A stretch of DNA of 64,000 nucleotides from an uncultured Bacteroidia bacterium (GTDB lineage Bacteria; Bacteroidota; Bacteroidia; Bacteroidales; CAJPTX01). A model generated the notes under the pieces. That model ran no database searches. It saw nothing but the letters and a program-made list of their open reading frames with translations, and had not been told where the DNA came from. The position numbers and the translations under genes were made by a program. Shown in pieces: positions 1 through 7,827 of the stretch. Each line of letters opens with the position of its first letter. The stretch's first letter is position 1. The stretch spans positions 18,226 through 82,225 of the forward strand of contig CBDEMG010000038.1 in the NCBI GenBank assembly GCA_965240855.1. Reading direction: 5' to 3'.

Positions 1-315
1 ACGAACACTTTCGTCTATCTTGATCCCCCATACCATCCCTTATCCGAGACATCCAACTTTACTGGCTATGTACAGGGCGGCTGGAAAGCTTCAGACCAAG
101 AACGTTTGTGCGAGGCTTGTCAAAATCTTGATGCGCGAGGGATCGCTTTCATGCAGTCAAACTCCGATACTCCCCTCATCCGTCAACTCTATGCCGATTT
201 CCACATTACTGTAGTACAAGCTCTCCGTGCGGTTAATTCGAAGGCAGAAGGACGGGGGGCTATTAACGAACTCATAATCCGTAATTATGACAAACACTCA
301 TCCCTCAAAAAATGA
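1..315 (+). CDS. N6-adenine DNA methyltransferase, Dam/D12 class, C-terminal part (5' end lies outside the window)
   Basis: Frame 1 is open from nt 1. The translation TNTFVYLDPPYHPLSETSNFTGY... carries the DPPY catalytic motif at nt 22-33, followed by ~95 aa, which is the usual Dam spacing. Stop at 313-315. Confidence 0.8.
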   Translation, partial: TNTFVYLDPPYHPLSETSNFTGYVQGGWKASDQERLCEACQNLDARGIAFMQSNSDTPLIRQLYADFHITVVQALRAVNSKAEGRGAINELIIRNYDKHSSLKK

Positions 316-1621
316 CCGTGCTTGGCTACACCTCTTTCGGAAATACAAAATATTAGAACAACTACAACACGCTCCATTCTTTGAGATCTCCGCCACACAA
401 ATCAATACCGAACGCGAGGCGAGACTCATGACCAAGTTTGACCATGCAACACAACTCCCTACTCCTTTCCGCGAAAATAGACTTGGGATTCTCCCACTCA
501 CTCGCGGCACGTATGCCATTGGGACATTCCATATTTTTCATACCATAGAGGACCTTCCTACAGCTACCTACTACCTTCAACCTCATACATTCCTGCAGAG
601 CTTAGATCTCTCCCTTGTGACCAACGAAGCTACGGCTATACACCTAGCACATACCTCGGGAATCCTCGCTCATTTTACCAATGAAAAGGTTCTCTATCCC
701 ACCATTAGTGGTCGGATGGGGACAAGTACATTCGAATTCGATATCAACCACACCTCCCAAACCACAATAGCACTACAGGTAGAGAATGCACAGATAGAGA
801 TTGATGCGGGCTATGAGTCGCCCAATGCACTCTACCTAATAGAAGCTAAAAATCACCTAGCAAACGATTTCAATGTGCGGCAACTTTACTATCCCTATCG
901 CCTCTGGCGAGAACGTCTCTCAAAACCCGTACGACTTATCTACCTCACCTACTCCGATGCCACCTATTCGCTCCGAGAATATCAGTTTATCAATCCTAAA
1001 CACTACAATTCGCTTGCACTCCAACGACATCTTTGCTACCGTTTCCTCTCTGGTCATCTTACTCTGGTAAGGCTTAAGGAGCTCATAGCTAGCACTCCTA
1101 TACACCCTCTCCCCCGCGATCCCTTACCACAAGCCGATAGCTTCGAAAGAATTGTAAATCTCTGCGAGCGTTTGCTACAAGATGGTAGCCTTACTAAGCA
1201 AGCAATTGCTCAACAATATGATTTTACACCTCGACAGGCAGATTACTACATCGCTGCAGCAAAATATCTTCAACTCGTTGCTGAAAAAAAAAGTCAACAC
1301 GAGTATCAGCTAATCCTCTCCGAGCTAGGACTCGAAATCTTCTCGATGCCCATCCCTAATCGTCGCATCGCACTGATTCAGCAGATACTTAGTATTCCTC
1401 CCTTTCGCGGCTGTTTTGCACTTTTCCTCACATGCGAACTACAACGGCCACCTCTTACCTCTGTACTGGAGGTTCTCGCGCGGTACTATCCTGAACTCTC
1501 TGCTATCACATTACAACGACGCACAAGTACCGTCGTCGCTTGGCTCGCTTGGATTTGCAGTTGGTGCGAAACACCCAACGGACTAAGACTCTATTGTGAA
1601 GAGCATCACAATTCTGAATGA
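287..1621 (+). CDS. Putative Type II restriction endonuclease partner (PD-(D/E)XK-like, with a C-terminal helical/HTH-like region)
   Basis: 444-aa ORF whose ATG overlaps the methylase 3' end by 29 nt. IEIDAGYES..LYLIEAKN fits a D..(E)xK nuclease core. The C-terminal half (QAIAQQYDFTPRQADYYIAAAKYL) looks like a DNA-binding helix. I cannot name a family. Confidence 0.5.
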   Translation: MTNTHPSKNDRAWLHLFRKYKILEQLQHAPFFEISATQINTEREARLMTKFDHATQLPTPFRENRLGILPLTRGTYAIGTFHIFHTIEDLPTATYYLQPHTFLQSLDLSLVTNEATAIHLAHTSGILAHFTNEKVLYPTISGRMGTSTFEFDINHTSQTTIALQVENAQIEIDAGYESPNALYLIEAKNHLANDFNVRQLYYPYRLWRERLSKPVRLIYLTYSDATYSLREYQFINPKHYNSLALQRHLCYRFLSGHLTLVRLKELIASTPIHPLPRDPLPQADSFERIVNLCERLLQDGSLTKQAIAQQYDFTPRQADYYIAAAKYLQLVAEKKSQHEYQLILSELGLEIFSMPIPNRRIALIQQILSIPPFRGCFALFLTCELQRPPLTSVLEVLARYYPELSAITLQRRTSTVVAWLAWICSWCETPNGLRLYCEEHHNSE

Positions 1622-1632
1622 GACTTAAAGCA

Positions 1633-1640
1633 TAACTTTG
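1633..1640 (+). promoter_or_regulatory. Bacteroidota -7 promoter box (TAACTTTG = TAnnTTTG)
   Basis: Exact match to the TAnnTTTG consensus, ~33 nt upstream of the ATG at 1673. Confidence 0.35.
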
Positions 1641-1672
1641 TAAGCATCTAATTTTTAAGAAAATTCGTACCG

Positions 1673-2278
1673 ATGAGTGTGACAACCGAGTTCAACCGCA
1701 TCTTTTGGGCGACTACCCTAGAATTCCGACGTTTACGCAACCTCACTGCTCTCCCACCTTCTAGTTATCCACAAAATACCTTAAACGATCTCCTTTTCAA
1801 AAAGAACTGGATAGATAACATCCAATGGGATCTCGAAGATATTATCCGCGATCCCCATATCGATCCCGTAAAAGCTCTCGAAATTAAACGAAAGATTGAC
1901 TACTGGAATCAACAACGTACGGATACTGTCGAGCAGATCGATACCCTTTTCTTCAATCAATTTGCGACCATACAACCCCAAGAGGATGCTACTCTCAATA
2001 CCGAGAGTCCAGCCTGGGCGATAGACCGTCTCTCTATTCTCACCCTCAAAATCTACCACATGCAACTACAAGCTACCGATCTCACGGCTACGCAGGAGCA
2101 CCGCGATCGTTGTCAAAATAAGCTCGACATTTTACTCACTCAACGTGTTGATCTCTCTACTGCGCTCGAACAACTCCTAGATGCTTACCAACGAGGCGAA
2201 AAAGTGATGAAAACCTACAAGCAGATGAAGATGTACAACGACCCATCGCTAAATCCGATACTAAGAGGGAAGAAATAA
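1673..2278 (+). CDS. DUF4254 family protein
   Basis: 201 aa. NIQWDLEDIIRDPHIDP..KRKIDYWNQQRTDTVEQID resembles my recollection of DUF4254, which typically precedes a GT9 heptosyltransferase, as it does here. Confidence 0.6.
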   Translation: MSVTTEFNRIFWATTLEFRRLRNLTALPPSSYPQNTLNDLLFKKNWIDNIQWDLEDIIRDPHIDPVKALEIKRKIDYWNQQRTDTVEQIDTLFFNQFATIQPQEDATLNTESPAWAIDRLSILTLKIYHMQLQATDLTATQEHRDRCQNKLDILLTQRVDLSTALEQLLDAYQRGEKVMKTYKQMKMYNDPSLNPILRGKK

Positions 2279-2348
2279 CGAATATTTAGCGCCCTCCCCC
2301 CTTTATACCCACTATACAAAAATAGAGAAACAAAACTGGCACTAAGCA

Positions 2349-3443
2349 ATGTCCACACTAGAAATAGCGAGTAAGCAGGCGCAAATACGTCCGCCCCATG
2401 TCCTACTCATACGGCTTAGTGCACTTGGCGATGTAGTGATGCTCCTACCCGTAGTAAAAGCTCTACGCGAGACATATCCCGAAATCGCAATCACGATCCT
2501 TTCATCACCCTTTGTACGTCCACTCTTTGAAGCTCTACACGAAGTCCGTTTCGTCGCAGCAGATACTCGCCACAAACACAAGGGTATTGTAGGGATTTGG
2601 CGCTTGGCAACAGCGCTTCGGCAAGAACATTTTACCCATATTGCCGATACGCACAGTGTATTACGAACTTGGCTACTACGTTTTTTCCTACGCCTACTCT
2701 CCCTTTTTCAGCCCTATAAACTTGCAGCAATAGACAAAGGTCGCAAAGAGAAAAAAGCGCTCACGCGTCCTACAGACAAAAGACTTATCCCCTTGGAACA
2801 CTCTGTAAAACGCTATGCAGACGTATTATCACACCTCGGGTATCCTCTCCACATCCCCTATCTACTCGGAGGACTCCCAGATCTTCCGCTCCCCTCCCCA
2901 CTCCTTACACACTTCGAGGCGACTCGGCTTCGTGTAGGCATTGCTCCCTTTGCTAAGCACCGCGGCAAGATATACGACCTAGATCGAATGCGGCTACTTA
3001 TCGACCGACTTGAACGAAACGGAATTCTGGTTTTTCTCTTCGGATCGCAAGGCAAAGAAGCTGAGCTACTGCAACAATGGGCAACTTCTCGCAATATTAT
3101 TGCATTACCAACTTATCAACTTAATCTCCTGGAAGAGATCGCTGTGATACGCCACCTTGATTTGATGCTAACCATGGATTCTGCCAATATGCACCTAGCC
3201 TCGTGGGCTGGAACACGCACACTCTCCATCTGGGGCGCTACACATCGCTTTGCTGGGTTTTATGGTTGGGGACAATCGGAGAACCTAGCGGTGGAAAAAG
3301 AGGAACTTTCGTGTCGCCCTTGCTCTGTATATGGCAATTCGCCATGTATGCGGGGCGATTACGCATGTCTCAATATCTCGGTAGAGGAACTCTACAAACG
3401 GATCTTACTCGAACTCCCCACATCGCAGACCACTAAATCGTAA
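2349..3443 (+). CDS. Glycosyltransferase family 9 (LPS heptosyltransferase-like)
   Basis: N-terminus ILLIRLSALGDVVMLLPVVKALRETYP is the typical GT9 motif. Length is 364 aa. Confidence 0.8.
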   Translation: MSTLEIASKQAQIRPPHVLLIRLSALGDVVMLLPVVKALRETYPEIAITILSSPFVRPLFEALHEVRFVAADTRHKHKGIVGIWRLATALRQEHFTHIADTHSVLRTWLLRFFLRLLSLFQPYKLAAIDKGRKEKKALTRPTDKRLIPLEHSVKRYADVLSHLGYPLHIPYLLGGLPDLPLPSPLLTHFEATRLRVGIAPFAKHRGKIYDLDRMRLLIDRLERNGILVFLFGSQGKEAELLQQWATSRNIIALPTYQLNLLEEIAVIRHLDLMLTMDSANMHLASWAGTRTLSIWGATHRFAGFYGWGQSENLAVEKEELSCRPCSVYGNSPCMRGDYACLNISVEELYKRILLELPTSQTTKS

Positions 3444-3457
3444 AAAACGCGAGCAGT

Positions 3458-4240
3458 ATGTACAATGTGCGTCACCTAGGAAACCATTCTACTCTCCCAC
3501 AAAAATACGACCCTACAATACTCGAAGCAATTCCGCGCCTCAACGCTATAGAAGCAGAAGGTTACGATGTTTGGCACGCCTATGAAATCTGTTGTCTGTG
3601 TGAGAATGGACTACCTGCCACAGGTATCCTAAAAATGCGGTATTCTCGCTCGAGTCATTGGATAGTAGAGAGTAAATCACTCAAACTTTACTTATACTCC
3701 CTTACAACACACTGTTGCGGCGAAACTCCTGCACAAGCACTTCTGCAATTACAAGAAATCGTAGCCGCAGACCTCTCACAACTTCTCCAAACCGAGGTTC
3801 ACTGCAAGATTCACACTGCCTACAACTTAAATGAAGATTGGCTAGCAGCATATCCTCTTCTCGAGACGTTGCACGAATTGCCTCAAACCTCAACACTACA
3901 AGTGGCCTCTCACTTATTAGGGTCGTTATGTCCCGTAACGCAACAACCCGACTGGGGAACGTTCGTACTCCAACTAAGAGGCGAACACCTACCTACACGC
4001 CAAGAACTTCTTGCACTACTACTCTCCAAACGCGGGAATCTGGGATTTCATGAAGAAATTACCGACCAACTTTACAACACTTTGCAAGAGAGATACGCTC
4101 CTACACATCTTTTCGTTACTTGCTTATACACACGACGCGGAGGAATAGATATTTGTCCCGTACGAGCCAGCGAACTCCGTATTATACCCGAGCATTTCGT
4201 TCATGAGGCACTCCTACCACCACCATCATTTCGTCGTTAG
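3458..4240 (+). CDS. queF: NADPH-dependent 7-cyano-7-deazaguanine (preQ0) reductase, two-domain type
   Basis: QueF motif ESKSLKLYL and catalytic-Cys motif LCPVTQQPDWG. At 260 aa it is comparable to E. coli-type QueF. Confidence 0.85.
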   Translation: MYNVRHLGNHSTLPQKYDPTILEAIPRLNAIEAEGYDVWHAYEICCLCENGLPATGILKMRYSRSSHWIVESKSLKLYLYSLTTHCCGETPAQALLQLQEIVAADLSQLLQTEVHCKIHTAYNLNEDWLAAYPLLETLHELPQTSTLQVASHLLGSLCPVTQQPDWGTFVLQLRGEHLPTRQELLALLLSKRGNLGFHEEITDQLYNTLQERYAPTHLFVTCLYTRRGGIDICPVRASELRIIPEHFVHEALLPPPSFRR

Positions 4241-7200
4241 AGTCTCTCTTACTCTTGCATTCCTTTGTTTTATATCAATTTTACAGACTTGGGCTCAACA
4301 TCGTATCAATATCGATTCTATCGCACGAGCAATCAATACACAGTTTGGCGATTGCAGCCGTTCTATCCCTCTAACCACCAAAGAGCTCGTACTTGACGAT
4401 ACGCCTATCCTTCCTTCCTCCTTGCGTATCGTACGTTGTACACTCCCAGCAAATCAGCAACCGAAACTATTGTTAGATAGTACCGCGACCCATCTTTATA
4501 TCGATGCGCCATTTGCTACCGAGCGGGATACACTCTGGATAGAATACCGCAAACTCCCTCGTAAAACTTCCGAACAATTCTCCATCTACGAACTATTAGA
4601 CTCAGTAAGCCCTTCTGAAAAGCCTCGTTGGAAACAAATACAAGAACAACAAACCTCTTCGACTCCCAGTGCTCAATGGCTTGCACCTCTCACTCTAAAA
4701 GGCTATGCTGAACGAGAAGCGACAATAGGCGAAAGTGTACAAGCACCCTTTGCTGGACGTATGCACCTCGAATTGGAGGGAGTCCTCGAATCAAATCTTC
4801 GTATACAAGGCGAACTCTCCGATCAATCATTGCCTTTCCAACCCGATGGGACTACGACACAGATCTCTGCACTTGATCGTATCTACCTCGGCGTCTCCGA
4901 CTCCCTCTGGAAAGTAGAAGCTGGCGATATCACTATCGGGAGTGCAAATCATTTTCTACACTTTCAAACTCCGATACAGGGACTGCGCTACCAATACCAG
5001 AGCCTATACAAGCATCGCGATTCCCTCCTCTTCGACCTCGCTGCAGGGATAACCAAAGGCGAATATGCAGAGATTGCTCTGCAAGGCATTGAGGCTATAC
5101 AAGGTCCCTATCGGATCTATCCGAATGCTACCTATCTACAAGTTGCCGCGATAGCTGGCTCAGAGCATGTCTACCTTAACGGTATACTCCTCTCGCGAGG
5201 GTACGATAAAGACTATACGATCGACTACAACCTCGGGGAGATCTATTTTACTATCCGTCAACCTATCCATGCAAGCTCACGTATCCTTGTGAAATACGAA
5301 AAGGCCTCGAAACTATACACTCGCTATCTCTTTCATTCCAAAGCTAAGGCAAGACTTCACAATGGGTGGTTACTTGATGTTCAAAGCTATATTGCACACG
5401 ACGATCGAAGTTCGCTAGCTCTCACCGAAAATAAAACAGAAGCCCTCGAACAACTCTCTCGCTTGCCTAGCAGCGACTCTTTATTGCAGTATATTGCTCC
5501 CCCAGAGCAAATTGATGGCAGAAAACGGAGCGGCTACTTATTAGTTGATACTTTGATCGACAAGCGATCCTATTCTATTTTTCGGTATGTAGAAGCCGGT
5601 AAATACGACTCGGTATATAACCCCTATTTCCATTACAACCCTTCGAGCGGTAATTATATTCAAATGCAAGCCGCTAACAACGAACTGATATATGTATGGC
5701 AAGCTCCTCAGAATGGCAAGAGCATCGGTAATTACAGTATTGGGCAACAACTAAAGCCCCCGAGCACTCACCAACTCGTACAAGCCACTCTTGGCTACAA
5801 TACCTCGGCCTCGCGAACCCAAGTAACATTCGCTTTGAGTCATCAAAATAGCAATACACTAAACCTCTCGCAAAAACAACACACTGGGCTAGCAGCAGAA
5901 CTCTATCACGAGAACCGGTTATTTTCGCTCGGTAGTCTCACACTTTGGGTAGGAGGAGAATCTCGTATTGTACTGAAAGATTTCCGCCCTGCTCAGAATT
6001 TTCTTGATTTCAATTTCCTACGCAACTGGGGGCTAGAACATGGGCTCGCAGCAATAAATTGGGGCGACGGCGCGCTTTGGTTTGCACTGAAACACAAAAT
6101 GGGGCATTCACAACTCGGAGCCAAAACCTTCGTAACACAACAGCACAAAGGGCTAGCACTCGAACTACAACAACAATACCGATGGCAAAATATCTATTAT
6201 AAAACGAATATTAGTGCTCGCCAACTCCGAACCGATTCGCTGCGACGTTGGACAGGGCAACTAACTAGCGAGTTAGCCTACCAATGGCAGAAATGGCGAC
6301 CAGCACTTTTCATCGAAGGCGAACTTCAACACAGTAAGCAAGATAACACCATCAAGAGTAATGACTACCGATGGTTTCGTACGGGAGCAAAATTGCACTC
6401 TAGCGATTCGGCTCTGTATTCCTTTGCAAGCGAGCATACCTACCGCTACGATGCAGCAACACTCCTACCAACCCTACAATCAGAGCGTCAGACGTTAGAA
6501 CAAACTCTACAAAGCACTCTTAACCTTCAACACTGGGGCACATATTCTGCACACATCAACTATCAATATCAATCTGCCTTGCATCTTCATACAAAAACTC
6601 GTAGCACTACCAATACTCTCCTTACCCAAATTTCTAGCGCTCTCGCTTTTTGGAAAGAGCGTATCCGTTGTCGCCTCGTGCAAGAGCTCTCTACCGAACA
6701 AACGCCAGAGTGGCAACAACGCTTTATCCGAGTCCCTGATGGGCAAGGGCAATACCGCTGGATAGATGCAAATGGTGATGGGCAACAACAACTCGAAGAG
6801 TTTGTACCTGCAGCCTTTCGAGATCAAGGACAATACGTCCTTCAACTTACTCCCACAAATAAAACGCATACTACCAAAAGTAGCAAGTATCAACTTTCCC
6901 TGAACATCTCTGCACGAGAGAGGCTACAGGCTATCGATTCCTCTACCGTTTGGTGGCAACGCTGGGATCTGGAAGTTAATGCCCAAACAGAGCAAAAATT
7001 AGAAAACGCCCCGTTGTACAAATCCTTACTCCCCATTCACTGGCAACCTCACACAGAAGGACTAAGACAGAGCTTCCATACAACCCTATGGCTCAACAAA
7101 GATCACGCACCTCTTACTTATTTTCTTAGTGCAACATACAACCAGCAAATACAAAACCTCTCACAAGGCAAAAACACACTCTTGGATCTACAATACAGGG

Positions 7201-7706
7201 GGGGAGTACAATCTCCACACTCTACACCTTGGATATCAATATTAGAAGGCGAGTGGCAAATAAAACAATTAGATGCCCCCTACAACAAAACAACGAAACT
7301 CGAGGCTCGGCTTTGGAAACTACATGCAACCCTCGGATGGCGTACGTCCAGTAGTGGTGAACATCGTCTCATTTTTCAGCACTCATGGCTTACACTTTTG
7401 GCGCATCGCTCCACCCCTGCACGAATTCTCGAACTGGAATATTCACTCACATTTCCCATTGTAAAAGAATGGAAGGGCGAAGGACAACTCACCTATGCTC
7501 GTACAAAACTCCAAATACTAAGCAATAACCCACTCGCTTACAGTCTGACACAGGGTTATCTGGATGGCAACAATTTTATAGGAAATATTTCCCTCCGCTG
7601 GCAACTCTCCTCAAATATCGCGATCGTAGGCTCATACGAACTCCGCTCGCTCGGCACTGCACCATTCCAACAAGCGGGTAACCTTGCTATTAGATCGCAG
7701 TTTTAA
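4203..7706 (+). CDS. Large hypothetical outer-membrane protein (probable beta-barrel)
   Basis: 1167-aa ORF with signal-like N-terminus (VSLTLAFLCFISILQTWAQ). The C-terminal half is rich in alternating aromatic/polar strands and ends ...LAIRSQF (terminal Phe). The start overlaps queF by 38 nt. Confidence 0.6.
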   Translation: MRHSYHHHHFVVRVSLTLAFLCFISILQTWAQHRINIDSIARAINTQFGDCSRSIPLTTKELVLDDTPILPSSLRIVRCTLPANQQPKLLLDSTATHLYIDAPFATERDTLWIEYRKLPRKTSEQFSIYELLDSVSPSEKPRWKQIQEQQTSSTPSAQWLAPLTLKGYAEREATIGESVQAPFAGRMHLELEGVLESNLRIQGELSDQSLPFQPDGTTTQISALDRIYLGVSDSLWKVEAGDITIGSANHFLHFQTPIQGLRYQYQSLYKHRDSLLFDLAAGITKGEYAEIALQGIEAIQGPYRIYPNATYLQVAAIAGSEHVYLNGILLSRGYDKDYTIDYNLGEIYFTIRQPIHASSRILVKYEKASKLYTRYLFHSKAKARLHNGWLLDVQSYIAHDDRSSLALTENKTEALEQLSRLPSSDSLLQYIAPPEQIDGRKRSGYLLVDTLIDKRSYSIFRYVEAGKYDSVYNPYFHYNPSSGNYIQMQAANNELIYVWQAPQNGKSIGNYSIGQQLKPPSTHQLVQATLGYNTSASRTQVTFALSHQNSNTLNLSQKQHTGLAAELYHENRLFSLGSLTLWVGGESRIVLKDFRPAQNFLDFNFLRNWGLEHGLAAINWGDGALWFALKHKMGHSQLGAKTFVTQQHKGLALELQQQYRWQNIYYKTNISARQLRTDSLRRWTGQLTSELAYQWQKWRPALFIEGELQHSKQDNTIKSNDYRWFRTGAKLHSSDSALYSFASEHTYRYDAATLLPTLQSERQTLEQTLQSTLNLQHWGTYSAHINYQYQSALHLHTKTRSTTNTLLTQISSALAFWKERIRCRLVQELSTEQTPEWQQRFIRVPDGQGQYRWIDANGDGQQQLEEFVPAAFRDQGQYVLQLTPTNKTHTTKSSKYQLSLNISARERLQAIDSSTVWWQRWDLEVNAQTEQKLENAPLYKSLLPIHWQPHTEGLRQSFHTTLWLNKDHAPLTYFLSATYNQQIQNLSQGKNTLLDLQYRGGVQSPHSTPWISILEGEWQIKQLDAPYNKTTKLEARLWKLHATLGWRTSSSGEHRLIFQHSWLTLLAHRSTPARILELEYSLTFPIVKEWKGEGQLTYARTKLQILSNNPLAYSLTQGYLDGNNFIGNISLRWQLSSNIAIVGSYELRSLGTAPFQQAGNLAIRSQF

Positions 7707-7750
7707 ATATGCTTATCTTCTTTAAGAAAAGTTTAGTTTGAAAAAGACAC

Positions 7751-7824
7751 AAAAAAGTGGAGCTTACACACTTTTTTCATGGAGAGTCCCCCGCAACTTC
7801 TTTGCGTTACGGGGGCTCTATTTT
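7751..7824. terminator. Hairpin pair between convergent genes (probable bidirectional terminator region)
   Basis: AAAAAAGTG-loop-CACTTTTTT (7751-7777) and GAG.CCCCCG..-loop-..CGGGGGCTC (7784-7818) followed by TATTTTAT. The region lies between stops at 7706 (+) and 7828 (-). Confidence 0.45.
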
Positions 7825-7827
7825 ATC

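Noticed and set aside
4203-4235. His-rich start MRHSYHHHH of the large outer-membrane protein as a metal-binding tag
   Set aside because: It lies in the n-region of a predicted signal peptide that would be cleaved off, and it may not even be translated if a downstream start is used.
3458-4240. queF as part of a 7-deazaguanine DNA-modification (Dpd-like) defence cluster, given the nearby R-M genes
   Set aside because: There are no tgt/dpdA-like, queC/D/E or helicase partners nearby. The neighbouring genes are LPS-core and outer-membrane genes, so queF is most simply the housekeeping queuosine pathway gene.
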